Shown: positions 1 through 9,673, counted from the stretch's first letter. The stretch: 64,000 nt of DNA from an uncultured candidate division Zixibacteria bacterium (GCA_963702205.1 OY969724.1:2976001-3040000), one strand, 5' to 3'. A program made the numbers and translations. The notes: generated by a model from the letters alone, not told the origin.

Positions 1-1
1 C

Positions 2-400
2 TTGCTCGACTTTGAGCACGGCTATGCTCCCCCCTATTCCGAGGCGCTTGACCCGCTGCACCATCTGGCTGGTATAGCCATCGCGTGTGAGGCCGGTTAT
101 GAGTTCATCAGCCCGGACGCTTGCTCGAATATGGATAAAACAAATTCTGTCATAATCGACGTCCGCGAGGCCGAGGAGTTCGCCGCCGAACCGCTATCGG
201 ACAATGGGACTCCAATTGAGGGCGTGATAAACATCCCGCTCATGTCATTGCGCGAACGAACGACTGAAATTGACTCCGGAAAAGACATATATATCCTATG
301 CAAACGTGGTGTGCGGTCGTACCAGGCGGCGTGCATTTTGAAAGCGGCCGGGTTCGAGAAAGTCAAAATTATCGGGGGCGGAGTACAGGCGACTAATTAA
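2..400 (+). CDS. C-terminal part of an FAD-dependent pyridine nucleotide-disulfide oxidoreductase with rhodanese domain (CoADR-RHD/persulfide reductase-like); 5' partial
   Basis: Dimerisation-domain motif GYAPPYSEALDP followed by rhodanese motifs IIDVRE and CKRGVRS; ORF runs off the window start. Confidence 0.8.
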   Translation: MLDFEHGYAPPYSEALDPLHHLAGIAIACEAGYEFISPDACSNMDKTNSVIIDVREAEEFAAEPLSDNGTPIEGVINIPLMSLRERTTEIDSGKDIYILCKRGVRSYQAACILKAAGFEKVKIIGGGVQATN

Positions 401-444
401 TATGATCACTTGTTGCGTATTGTATATTTCGGGAGTTTGTTAAT

Positions 445-1647
445 ATGGCGACCGACAACTGGAATCTGTGTGTCTGCGGGCTGAACCACAAGACGTCTTC
501 GGTCTCCGAGCGCGAGCCGCTCCAGATCGGACCGGAGGACATCGCGCAGGCGCACGCCGAATTCACCTCGATTGCGGGCATACGCGAGGGTGTTATCGTC
601 TCGACCTGCAACCGCGATGAATTTTACGCCGTCATGGACAAACATCTCGACTCCTTCGAGGCCGTCGCCGAATTCTACCGGAAACTGCGCAATATCGACA
701 TCAAGCCGCTGCGCGATCGGTTTTATACATACGAAAACAGTAATGCCGTGCAGCACCTGTTTCATGTGACGGCCGGTATCGACTCGATGGTTATCGGCGA
801 GAACCAGATTCTCGGACAAGTGAAAGACGCCTATAGCTCCGCCTGTAAAGTTAAATCGACCGATAAAATTTTACATCGCTTATTTCACCAGGCGTTCCGC
901 GTCGGCAAACAGGTCAGGACCGATACCGAGATGGGCAAAGGCGCCTGCTCGGTCAGCGGCGCTTCGATGGAGCTGTTGAAATCTCGTCTGGACACACTTA
1001 AGAAGCCCAAAGTGTTATTTATTGGCATCAACCGGATGATCCTTCTCGCCGCCAAGCACTTGGCCCGGGTTGAGGGCATCTCTTTTCATTTTGCCAACCG
1101 TACGATAGAAAAGGCCGAGCAATTCGCCAGAAGGTTCCGCGCTACGGCGCACGCTCTCGATGATATCCCCAGTCTTTTGCCACAAGTGGATATTGTGATT
1201 TCCTGCACCGGATCGGACAAACCGATTATAACGGCTGATATATTTTATGAATTCTCGGCTAAGAGCCCGGACCACAAAATTATTATTGTCGATATGGCAA
1301 TCCCGCGCGACGTGGAGTACGACAAAGGCAGCTCACAAAATATAGAGCTGTATAATCTGGACGATGTCGATAACTATGTTCGGCAGCAGCAGGATATCCG
1401 CAAAAGCGCCATCCCCGACGCCGAGGAGATTATAACACAAAAGCTCAGCGAATTCAGTTACTGGTTCGAGCACGTCCGCCGCGAGCCGGTCTATAACGGC
1501 CTTGAAAAATATTTCGAGGATTTGAGGCAGGAGGAGTTGGCCACTCTAATGGATAATATGGACGATGAAACCAAAGCGCAGCTCGAGCAGGCCAGCAAGC
1601 GGCTGGTCGAAAGAATTCTCTACGCGAAAATCAGAACGTCAAAATAG
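445..1647 (+). CDS. hemA: Glutamyl-tRNA reductase
   Basis: GLNHKT, catalytic STCNR and GIDSMVIGENQILGQVK motifs, plus DMAIPRDV. Confidence 0.95.
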   Translation: MATDNWNLCVCGLNHKTSSVSEREPLQIGPEDIAQAHAEFTSIAGIREGVIVSTCNRDEFYAVMDKHLDSFEAVAEFYRKLRNIDIKPLRDRFYTYENSNAVQHLFHVTAGIDSMVIGENQILGQVKDAYSSACKVKSTDKILHRLFHQAFRVGKQVRTDTEMGKGACSVSGASMELLKSRLDTLKKPKVLFIGINRMILLAAKHLARVEGISFHFANRTIEKAEQFARRFRATAHALDDIPSLLPQVDIVISCTGSDKPIITADIFYEFSAKSPDHKIIIVDMAIPRDVEYDKGSSQNIELYNLDDVDNYVRQQQDIRKSAIPDAEEIITQKLSEFSYWFEHVRREPVYNGLEKYFEDLRQEELATLMDNMDDETKAQLEQASKRLVERILYAKIRTSK

Positions 1648-1664
1648 ATATTGGGATACATTTT

Positions 1665-2306
1665 ATGAAAAAGAAATATCTGCCGATTAATATATCCCTT
1701 CAAGAACGCCCCTGCCTCGTTGTTGGCGGCGGGCACGTCGCCCTGCGCAAAATAGACAATCTCATCGACTACAAAGCCGATATAACCGTGATCGCCCCGG
1801 AAGTCGACGATAAAATCAAGTACTATCAGGAACGCGGATTTTTGAAAATCGATGAGCGAAAGTACAACAAAGGCGACGCCTCGAAGTACGCGCTGGCTAT
1901 CGCCGCGTCCGACGATGAAACGGTCAATAAGCAGGTGTACGAAGATTGTCACAAGATCGGCATACCGGTCAACGTCGTCGATAACCCACCCCTGTGCGAT
2001 TTCATCTTCCCGGCCACCATACGCCGCAATAATCTGGCCGTATCGGTCTCGACCGACGGTACCGCGCCGTTCCTGGCGAGACACCTGAAAGTCATTCTCG
2101 ATACGATCTTCCCCCAGCATTGGGAGAAAATCTCGGATTTGGCGACAGATTTCCGCGAGGAGTTGAAGCGCCGTTACCCGGGAAACAAAATCCGCCAGGA
2201 CGAATGCATCGACAACTTTCTTAACGCAAACTGGAAAGAAATAATCAAAGATAATAACGACGAGCAAATCAAAGCCCTATTAGATGGCATGCTTAAAACG
2301 GACTGA
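1665..2306 (+). CDS. sirC: Precorrin-2 dehydrogenase / sirohydrochlorin ferrochelatase (CysG N-terminal, Met8/SirC-like)
   Basis: YLPINI, LVVGGGHVALRK, VNVVDNPPLCDFIFPA and VSTDGTAP motifs; lies between hemA and cobA. Confidence 0.9.
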   Translation: MKKKYLPINISLQERPCLVVGGGHVALRKIDNLIDYKADITVIAPEVDDKIKYYQERGFLKIDERKYNKGDASKYALAIAASDDETVNKQVYEDCHKIGIPVNVVDNPPLCDFIFPATIRRNNLAVSVSTDGTAPFLARHLKVILDTIFPQHWEKISDLATDFREELKRRYPGNKIRQDECIDNFLNANWKEIIKDNNDEQIKALLDGMLKTD

Positions 2307-2307
2307 T

Positions 2308-3837
2308 ATGAACAAGCCTGATGCGGGAAAAGTATATTTGGTTGGTGCCGGGCCGGGCGATCCGGGACTGATTACGGTCAAGGGTCAAAAGCTTCTTGAA
2401 TCGTGCGACGTTGTCGTCTATGACAACCTCATCCCCGACGAGTTGATTGTCACGCTTCCGGCGAAAATTGAGAAACACTATGTCGGCAAACGGGGCGGCA
2501 AAACCTGTATTTCGCAGGATGAAATCAACGAGCTTCTGCTCAGACTTGCTCGCGATGGCAAGAAGGTCGTCCGGCTCAAAGGCAGCGATCCGATCATTTT
2601 CGGTCGTGGCGGCGAAGAAGCGCGATATTTGAAAGAGCACGATATTCCCTTCGAAATAATCCCCGGTGTCACTGCGGCCGTGGCGGCGTCGGCCTACGCG
2701 GGCATACCGCTGACCGACCGCGAGAAAGCCTCATTCGTAATTTTCGCAACCGGCCACAAAGCGAAAGATAAAGAAATCTCATCGGTGCCGTGGCGCCAAA
2801 TTGCCGGATTGCCGGGCGGGACGCTGGCGATATATATGGGAGTGAGTGAGATAGCCAACATCACCAAAGAGCTTCTTGACGGCGGCATGGATGCCTCGAC
2901 CCCCGCGGCGATAATCGAGCGCGGGACATATCCGACGTCGCGGACGGTTATCTCGACTCTCGGTAAGCTTTCTGACGATGCAGTACAAAATAACATTAAA
3001 TCGCCGGCTGTGATATTTATCGGCCGTACTATCGAATTTAATAAGTCGATGGAGTGGATGGCAACGCGGCCCTTGCTTGGTAAACGAGTGATGGTGACCC
3101 GTCCGGGGCATCAGGCGACGCCGATGTATGACCTCCTACGCTCTTACGGTGCAGAGGTCCTCCCCTACCCTACAATTGCCATAAAAGAAATAATCGACGA
3201 ATCCGGCTGGAAACAATTGCAGGAATGTACTTCAGAAAAAAAATGGCTGCTTTTTACTTCGGAAAACGGAGTTGAGTTCTTTCTAAAGCAGTATCTGGAA
3301 CGCCATAAAGACATTCGGACTTTGTCTCAGTACAAGATCGCTCGCATGGGTTTCGGGACGCTTCGGGCGCTACAGAAACATCGCCTGGGCGAAGATTACG
3401 CACCGGAGAAATCCTCATCGCTGGCTCTGGCCGAAGGTCTCGCCGCGCAGCCGGGTATTAAAGACAGCACTGTCGTACGGGTGACCGGCGCGATGGATGT
3501 CGATCCCGTCGCCAAAATCCTCGAAACGGCCGGGGCCGAAGTCATACCTTTGATTGTTTATAAGGCTACTTTTTCGTACTGGCCCGACGAAGCCAAAGAA
3601 AAGCATTTCGAATATCCCCCGGATTATATAGTCTTCACCAGTGGGCGCTCTGTCGACGGATTCATGGTAAATCTGGATAAGCTGGAACTTGGCCGACTTC
3701 TCGATACGGCGAAGATTGTCTCAATCGGCCGGACCACGTCGAAAGTCATCGAGTCCTACGGTCTCAAAGTCGATTACGAAGCCAAATTCCCGTCGATCGA
3801 ATCGGTCGTCGACGAGCTGGCTGAACTCGCTCAATAA
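2308..3837 (+). CDS. cobA: Fused uroporphyrinogen-III C-methyltransferase / uroporphyrinogen-III synthase (CobA-HemD)
   Basis: VYLVGAGPGDPGLIT and RLKGSDPIIFGRGGEE, then a HemD domain (PLLGKRVMVTRP, FTSENGV). ATG 2308 follows the upstream TGA by one base. Confidence 0.93.
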   Translation: MNKPDAGKVYLVGAGPGDPGLITVKGQKLLESCDVVVYDNLIPDELIVTLPAKIEKHYVGKRGGKTCISQDEINELLLRLARDGKKVVRLKGSDPIIFGRGGEEARYLKEHDIPFEIIPGVTAAVAASAYAGIPLTDREKASFVIFATGHKAKDKEISSVPWRQIAGLPGGTLAIYMGVSEIANITKELLDGGMDASTPAAIIERGTYPTSRTVISTLGKLSDDAVQNNIKSPAVIFIGRTIEFNKSMEWMATRPLLGKRVMVTRPGHQATPMYDLLRSYGAEVLPYPTIAIKEIIDESGWKQLQECTSEKKWLLFTSENGVEFFLKQYLERHKDIRTLSQYKIARMGFGTLRALQKHRLGEDYAPEKSSSLALAEGLAAQPGIKDSTVVRVTGAMDVDPVAKILETAGAEVIPLIVYKATFSYWPDEAKEKHFEYPPDYIVFTSGRSVDGFMVNLDKLELGRLLDTAKIVSIGRTTSKVIESYGLKVDYEAKFPSIESVVDELAELAQ

Positions 3838-3851
3838 TTCCCACACAGTAT

Positions 3852-3882
3852 AAAAAAAGCGCCGGTCAATACAACCGACGCC
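3852..3882 (-). terminator. Intrinsic terminator of the ferritin-like gene
   Basis: Minus strand GCGTCGGT-loop-ACCGGCGC followed by T7. Confidence 0.65.
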
Positions 3883-3910
3883 AATTAGAATTTTTGCTCA
3901 ATCGTGCGAA

Positions 3911-4348
3911 TTATCCGTAGGGATACATCTTCTCCTTGATCATCCGCATCTTTTCGAGCACGTCGTTGTGTTTTTCTTCGTCGACCAGCAGATAGTGCAG
4001 AAGGTATTCCTGGACCATCATTTTCTTGCCTTTTATCGTTTCCAGCGCTTCGTGGGCAAGTTGTACCGTCTTTTTTTCGAGGGCGATATGCTTCTCGACC
4101 AGATCCCAAACCTCGCCGATTTCTTCGGGCGTAAGCGTAATCGTTTTGGTTGTTAGGCTGTCGGCAATCAGTTCCTGCACGCGATAGTGCAATTGAGAAT
4201 CGCGTTGAATTATTTCCATGACGAGCCGCACGATCGGATTTTCGGTTTTTTCGATTACATTGCCGGTGGACGCAACCGAGGCGTTCTCGATTTTCATCCA
4301 GCGCTGCATGTTATCGACTATTTTATCCTGGGCCTCTTTCGTTGACAT
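3911..4348 (-). CDS. Ferritin-like four-helix-bundle protein of unknown function
   Basis: Paired carboxylate/His motifs (E...DSQLH and E...DEEKH); GGAGG RBS. Confidence 0.7.
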   Translation of the reverse strand: MSTKEAQDKIVDNMQRWMKIENASVASTGNVIEKTENPIVRLVMEIIQRDSQLHYRVQELIADSLTTKTITLTPEEIGEVWDLVEKHIALEKKTVQLAHEALETIKGKKMMVQEYLLHYLLVDEEKHNDVLEKMRMIKEKMYPYG

Positions 4349-4370
4349 TCCTTAGTCCTCCATAAAGTTT

Positions 4371-4388
4371 ATGTGATATTTAACACAT
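4371..4388. promoter_or_regulatory. Rex/CRP-type palindromic operator upstream of the ferritin-like gene
   Basis: ATGTGATATTTAACACAT has the same 18-bp architecture as the boxes upstream of sat and qmoC. Confidence 0.55.
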
Positions 4389-4427
4389 TTAATGTCTTTC
4401 TTCCCTGAATGTTCCGTGGGAATATAC

Positions 4428-4457
4428 AAAAAAGAAACGGGCGGTCAATCCGCCCGT
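4428..4457 (-). terminator. Intrinsic terminator after the transporter operon
   Basis: ACGGGCGG-N5-CCGCCCGT stem with a T-rich tail on the minus strand. Confidence 0.7.
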
Positions 4458-4487
4458 CGAAAATTAAAATATACCGATTACTTTCGC

Positions 4488-4736
4488 TTATCGATTTGAT
4501 TTTTCGGCCTTATCCCGGAGAACCTGAACGCCTCTTTCAAGGTCGCGCATGTTTTCCACTTCGGAATAGAACAATGGTGAGGCGTCGATTTTATTCACCT
4601 GATTGTGCCGCAAAACTTCACCGGCCACGCCGGGCGGCGTTATGCCGGAGGCAAAGAACACGATAAAAAGCATAAGGCCTGTTAGTCCAATCAAAAAGCG
4701 TCTTATTCCGTGATTTTTTATATTTTTCTGTTTCAT
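4488..4736 (-). CDS. Small membrane-anchored hypothetical protein (about 82 aa)
   Basis: ATG at 4736 just after the transporter stop; one N-terminal hydrophobic helix. Confidence 0.6.
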   Translation of the reverse strand: MKQKNIKNHGIRRFLIGLTGLMLFIVFFASGITPPGVAGEVLRHNQVNKIDASPLFYSEVENMRDLERGVQVLRDKAEKSNR

Positions 4737-4737
4737 A

Positions 4738-6063
4738 TCAAACCGCGTTCGGGAAAAACACCATGAAGGCCAGGTAGGCCACAAGCAGCGTCAATATAAG
4801 GTTAAACGTCTGCCCTATGGCATAGAGAATCATCGGTTTGCCTCCCTCCATCCGACTGGCCAGATCCCGGAAGTTCGATTCGAGCCCGATTGAGGCAAAA
4901 GCGAGGCAGAAAAACCAGCCGCGAAGAGGCGACGTAATCGGACTTATAATATTCTTCTCCACCAAACCGAAATCCCCATGGTGCAAAGGAACCACCAAAA
5001 ACGAAAATAAAAGCGACGCCCCGACAAAGCCTATCACGAATTTCGGAAAGCGATACCAGATTTCCATAATGTTCGGCTTGTGGTCTTCATCGCATTCGAC
5101 TTTGGTTACCCAGTATAGTGCGATGAAAAACGCGATGACTCCGATCAGGACGTTTTGAATCATCTTGACCACGGCCGCTACCTTTTCGGCATCGGGCCCG
5201 AGCATCGACCCGGCCGCCACGACCGCCCCGGTCGAGTCGATAGTGCCGCCCATCCAGGCCGCTCCGAGAATATGATTCATGCCGACCATCTGTATCCCAA
5301 GGGGCATGAAAAACATCATCAGGACGGTGAAGATCAGCGTCATGCCGACCGCCAGAGTCAGGTCCTCCTTTTTGGCGCAACAGGCCGCCGCGGCGGCGAT
5401 AGCCGCCGAAACCCCGCAGACCGACGTCGCCGAGGCGATAATAATCGCCAGCGCCAGATTTTTCATCTTAAGAACCCGAGCCGCGAAGATGTACATGAAT
5501 ATGATTACAATCGGGGTCACGATCCAGGCCACCATAAGCCCGGGCGCCCCCAACGACAGTATTTTTCCGAACAGGATTTCCGCCCCCATCAGCACCAGGC
5601 CGGTTTTGATAAACAGTTCCGTATGCAACCCGGCTTTAAGCCACGACGGAGTCCCAACCGTGTTGGAAATCAAAAGGCCGATCAACAACGCCCAGAGCGC
5701 GTAGCTCAAACCCCAGTACTTTATGTTGGCCTAGTCGGCGATCCAGTACGACAGGCAGGCCAGCACGAACACGCCCACAAATCCGGGCAGGTATTTGGAA
5801 ATCTTGACTTTCTTCATGAAGGCAATTCCGAACGCCGTAAGAGCCGCCAGGAATACCAAAAGAAAAAGCAGGGATAGTATTTTATTACCGGTTATGGCAC
5901 CGTCTTTAATGACAAGAAAAGCATCAAGCGGGTTCGACGTCCACTTGCTGAGTTTGGGGATTTTGGGCATCAAACCGGACAGGGCCAGCGCGAATATTAT
6001 ACCGCCAAATCCGACCGCCCACCAATCTTCGTTTTTTAATATGGGTTTAGTTTCCGCAGCCAT
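4738..6063 (-). CDS. Putative sulfate exporter (YeiH/PSE family) membrane protein, interrupted by an in-frame TAG at 5731-5733
   Basis: ORFs 5731-6063 and 4738-5709 share a frame (WIAD*ANIKYWGLSYALW); family motifs SVCGVSAAIA, GGTIDSTGAV and KMIQNVLIG. Confidence 0.85.
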
Positions 6064-6169
6064 TGCACCTTACCTCACAGTCACAGATAAATTCATAGCT
6101 GTATAAAATTATCTTTATGTATCGTGGGATTCAAGAAAAAAATAAGACAATATTATCCCCCTATTTCAT

Positions 6170-6197
6170 AAAAAAGGCGACTTTAAACGTCGCCTTT
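6170..6197 (-). terminator. Intrinsic terminator downstream of qmoC
   Basis: AAAGGCGAC-N7-GTCGCCTTT inverted repeat with A/T tails. Confidence 0.7.
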
Positions 6198-6208
6198 ATG
6201 TGTCTTAT

Positions 6209-7390
6209 TTATATCGCCGTTCGTGGTACTCGCTTTATGCCACGAGCATAGGTCAGCGCCAGTGTTCGGTATATCATATGTGCGAATTTGGAGTACGGCA
6301 TGTACCAGAGCAGGAAATATACGACAACGAGGTGCAGGAAATAAACGAGGTACGCCAGCATCGGAACCGCGATCAGACGCGTAATCCACGAAAGCATCCC
6401 CGACAAACCGACCCCGAAAAGCATGTATAAAAACAGGTAGTCGGCGTAACCGTTGGCGCCGACGTCATCTCGGTTGGTCCAGCGGCGGTATATGAGCATT
6501 CCGCCCCCGATACACAAAGCCAGGCCGCTTAGGGCCCCGATGATCTTTATGGGGTTGGGCAGATCGACCGGCGGCATCGGCAGAATATGAACGCTCATAA
6601 TTTTGAACTCGTGCAGATAGTGCGGCAGAAAGATCAGAATGAACACGGCTCCGGTCGTGATCATTGCACCAATGAACCCGAAAAATAACAGCATGTGTCC
6701 CCATCGCCGGGGTTTGTTCTTTTCACAGGAAGCGAACAGCTTGTGAGTCAATATATCTTTGAACGTCTGGATGAAAGCCGATACGAACGAGATTTTCATG
6801 GGTGGCCCGGACGATTTCAGGCCTTTCCAGAATCTTAAAAACCCGATCGCCGCGAAAATGAAAATGAAAATATTACCAATCACGAAAAAGGCGTCGACAA
6901 AGCTGTGGCGCAGGAAGAAATCGAAATCAACCGTCCTGCTGGTCAGGTATAAGGTCTCGCCGTTGGGTCCGATTTTGGGCAGGAACATGATGGCCGCGAT
7001 GAGAATTAAAACCGGAACCAGAAGCAGAATCGGAAGCGCTCTGGGAGAATTCGCCGCCTTACCCATGAAAGCCGGAAATGCGAAACTTTTATATATGTAC
7101 GTTCTCAGCGCGGCAAGAACGTCGCCCGGTCTGGCACCGCGCGGACAATAAGTCGAGCAGTCATTGCACTGATGACACAACCACAGATCGGGGTCCTTCA
7201 TCAGGGCGTCCTTCTGACCCCATTGCGCCATGAGCATTTCTTTGCGGGGAAAAGGCTTGTCCGCAGGAGAGAGATTGCAGACCACGGAACAGGTAGCGCA
7301 CTGATAACATTTTTTCAGGGTGTCTCCCCCCGCCTTTTTGACCTCGCGGATGAGATTCAAATCGGGATTTATAACTTTCCCGGCCGCCAT
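6209..7390 (-). CDS. qmoC: Quinone-interacting membrane-bound oxidoreductase subunit C
   Basis: N-terminal HdrC-like 2x[4Fe-4S] domain (CYQCATCSVVC, CHQCNDCSTYCPRGARPGDV), then a multi-TM cytochrome b domain ending YMPYSKFAHMIYR; adjacent to sat-aprBA. Confidence 0.93.
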   Translation of the reverse strand: MAAGKVINPDLNLIREVKKAGGDTLKKCYQCATCSVVCNLSPADKPFPRKEMLMAQWGQKDALMKDPDLWLCHQCNDCSTYCPRGARPGDVLAALRTYIYKSFAFPAFMGKAANSPRALPILLLVPVLILIAAIMFLPKIGPNGETLYLTSRTVDFDFFLRHSFVDAFFVIGNIFIFIFAAIGFLRFWKGLKSSGPPMKISFVSAFIQTFKDILTHKLFASCEKNKPRRWGHMLLFFGFIGAMITTGAVFILIFLPHYLHEFKIMSVHILPMPPVDLPNPIKIIGALSGLALCIGGGMLIYRRWTNRDDVGANGYADYLFLYMLFGVGLSGMLSWITRLIAVPMLAYLVYFLHLVVVYFLLWYMPYSKFAHMIYRTLALTYARGIKRVPRTAI

Positions 7391-7451
7391 GGGGGTTCTC
7401 CTTTCGGTCTTAAATTCGATATTGCAAATCTATACTTATTCTATCGGCATC

Positions 7452-7480
7452 ATAATAAATCGCGGCATAAAAGCTGTCAA
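7452..7480 (-). promoter_or_regulatory. sigma70-type promoter of qmoC
   Basis: Minus strand TTGACA (7480-7475), 17-nt spacer, TATTAT (7457-7452). Confidence 0.7.
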
Positions 7481-7485
7481 GGATT

Positions 7486-7503
7486 TTGTTATTTTTTTCA
7501 CAA
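7486..7503. promoter_or_regulatory. Rex-like operator (qmoC side)
   Basis: Minus strand TTGTGAAAAAAATAACAA versus Rex consensus TTGTGAA-N4-TTCACAA. Confidence 0.65.
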
Positions 7504-7755
7504 TGTCGGCTCAGGCCGGCTTTGGGATATATCGCCCTATTTTTTTGATTAATGACAATAATACTCCATATTCAAAATTTCAGGAGCGGCCAATCGACCC
7601 ACCATTTCTATCGAATTTTTATCAAAAAAGCCGTTTTCTTGAACCAGCCCGACAATCTGCCGCCCGGCAGATAACACGTTGCGCCACAAAATCATTTGAC
7701 GTATCCCTTTATTATTCATCGCATTATGGACATAGCCTGGGAATCACACCTTTTC

Positions 7756-7773
7756 TTGTGAAAATAGTCACTT
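7756..7773. promoter_or_regulatory. Rex-like operator 1 upstream of sat
   Basis: TTGTGAAAATAGTCACTT just upstream of the -35. Confidence 0.65.
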
Positions 7774-7779
7774 TTCCGC

Positions 7780-7808
7780 TTGACATTGCTTGTGAAAAAA
7801 GTTACATT
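7780..7808 (+). promoter_or_regulatory. sigma70-type promoter of sat-aprBA
   Basis: TTGACA (7780-7785), 17-nt spacer, TACATT (7803-7808). Confidence 0.75.
7790..7807. promoter_or_regulatory. Rex-like operator 2 overlapping the spacer and -10 of the sat promoter
   Basis: TTGTGAAAAAAGTTACAT in a repressor-type position. Confidence 0.7.
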
Positions 7809-7856
7809 CTGACTTGGCTTTACGGCTATTAATGCCGATAATATATGTAAGAGGCC

Positions 7857-7874
7857 TTGTGAAAAATGTCACAT
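7857..7874. promoter_or_regulatory. Rex-like operator 3 in the sat leader
   Basis: TTGTGAAAAATGTCACAT, a perfect TGTGA-N6-TCACA core. Confidence 0.7.
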
Positions 7875-7946
7875 GCGGAAGGTGCGCAAGACAAACGAAA
7901 ATGGAAAATAGTAACATCAAAAACATAACCAAAAGCAGGTGATGCA

Positions 7947-9170
7947 ATGGCAAATTCCAAGCTAATCAAACCTCACGGTGCAGATGAGCTGAAAATTCTG
8001 CTGCTGGAAGGCAAAGCAAAGGAAGATGAACTCAAGAAGGCCAAAGGTCTTCCCAAAGTCGTCATGACGACCCGCGAAACCGGTGACCTTATCATGATGG
8101 GCATCGGCGGGTTCACCCCCCTCGAAGGATTCATGGGACAGGCCGACTGGAAGTCAGTCTGTGAAAACATGAAGCTCACCAACGGTACATTCTGGCCGAT
8201 TCCGGTGACTCTTTCGCACGATGAAAAAATTGCGGCGGGCACGGAAATCTGTCTGGTCTCCGGTGAGACCGATGAAATCATGGGCACCATGAAAGTGACC
8301 GAATCGTACCAGATCGACAAAGCTTTCGAGTGCAAACACGTCTTCACGACGACCGACGATAATCACCCCGGCGTCAAGGTGGTCAATGCACAGAAGGACT
8401 GGAACATCGCCGGACCGGTGAAAGTCCTTTCCGAAAGCTACTTCCCCACCGAGTTCAAGGGTATCTATCAGCGCCCGGCCGAAAGCCGCAAGATTTTCGA
8501 AGAAAAGGGCTGGAAGACAATAGCTGCCCTGCAGCTTCGTAATCCGATGCACCGTTCGCACGAATACCTGGCCAAGATCGCGATCGAAGTATCCGACGGC
8601 CTCTTCATTCACCAGCTGGTCGGTAAGCTGAAACCCGGCGACATCCCGGCTGAAGTCCGCGTAGACTGTATCAACACGCTGGTCGAGTACTACTTCGACA
8701 AGAACCGCGTTGTAACCGGTGGTTATCCTCTGGATATGCGCTATGCGGGACCGCGTGAAGGTCTGCTCCACGCCGTTTTCCGGCAGAACTTCGGCTGCAC
8801 GCACATGATTATCGGCCGCGACCACGCCGGTGTCGGCGACTATTACGGTCCGTTCGATGCCCAGGATATTTTCCACAAATTATGGGACGGTGCTCTCGAG
8901 TGCAAAATGCTCCCGATCGACTGGACCTTCTATTGCTACAAGTGCCAGGGCATGGCCTCGATGAAGACCTGTCCGCACGGTAAGGAAGATCGTCTGTTCC
9001 TGAGCGGCACGGCGCTGCGCAAGGCCCTGTCCGAGGGCGGCGACGTTCCGGCGGAGTTCTCTCGCCCCGAAGTGCTGTCGATTTTACGTGAATATTATGC
9101 AAGCATCAAAGATGAAGACAAGGTGGAAGTGAAGCTGCACGGTCACGCCACCGGTGATGCCAAGAGATGA
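7947..9170 (+). CDS. sat: Sulfate adenylyltransferase (dissimilatory type)
   Basis: [40 protein letters not shown] and FSRPEV motifs. Confidence 0.97.
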   Translation: MANSKLIKPHGADELKILLLEGKAKEDELKKAKGLPKVVMTTRETGDLIMMGIGGFTPLEGFMGQADWKSVCENMKLTNGTFWPIPVTLSHDEKIAAGTEICLVSGETDEIMGTMKVTESYQIDKAFECKHVFTTTDDNHPGVKVVNAQKDWNIAGPVKVLSESYFPTEFKGIYQRPAESRKIFEEKGWKTIAALQLRNPMHRSHEYLAKIAIEVSDGLFIHQLVGKLKPGDIPAEVRVDCINTLVEYYFDKNRVVTGGYPLDMRYAGPREGLLHAVFRQNFGCTHMIIGRDHAGVGDYYGPFDAQDIFHKLWDGALECKMLPIDWTFYCYKCQGMASMKTCPHGKEDRLFLSGTALRKALSEGGDVPAEFSRPEVLSILREYYASIKDEDKVEVKLHGHATGDAKR

Positions 9171-9232
9171 CAATAAAAAAGGTTAATAAATTAAACTCAA
9201 TCCTGATCCAAGACGTTACAAGGAGGATTTAA

Positions 9233-9673
9233 ATGCCGAGTTTTGTAATCCCGGATAAGTGTGATGGGTGCAAAGCCTTGGACAAAACCGCCTGTCAGTA
9301 CATCTGCCCCAACGATCTCATGGTCCTGAACAAGGAAAAAATGAAAGCCTACAATCAGGAACCGGAGATGTGCTGGGAATGCTATAGCTGCGTAAAAATC
9401 TGCCCCGTTCAGGCGATTGAAGTACGCGGTTACGCGGATTTTGTACCGATGGGTGCCAATGTCACTCCGATGCGCTCCACCGACAGTATCATGTGGACGG
9501 TTAAATTCCGCAATGGTATCTTGAAGCGCTTCAAATTCCCCATTCGCACGACCGAAGAAGGTAAAGCGCAGCCGACGGGCGGTTATGGGACCGCTCACGA
9601 CAACCTGAACGACCAGGCCCTCGCTCAGGAACCGGAAGCGTTGAGATTAAACGAAGTTTACACCATCAAGTAA
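9233..9673 (+). CDS. aprB: Adenylylsulfate reductase beta subunit
   Basis: CDGCKALDKTACQYICPNDLM, CWECYSCVKICP and IMWTVKFRNG motifs; AGGAGG RBS. Confidence 0.97.
   Translation: MPSFVIPDKCDGCKALDKTACQYICPNDLMVLNKEKMKAYNQEPEMCWECYSCVKICPVQAIEVRGYADFVPMGANVTPMRSTDSIMWTVKFRNGILKRFKFPIRTTEEGKAQPTGGYGTAHDNLNDQALAQEPEALRLNEVYTIK

Noticed and set aside
1645..1668. Readthrough of the hemA TAG would end at a TGA overlapping the next ATG, hinting at genome-wide TAG reassignment
   Set aside because: TAG ends several genes at natural C-termini (ferritin 45230, asnB 16865, GAF 46189, NUDIX 52569), so the overlap is probably chance
7320..7953. ORFs 7320-7832 and 7768-7953 between qmoC and sat
   Set aside because: They overlap promoters and operators, have atypical composition and show no motifs
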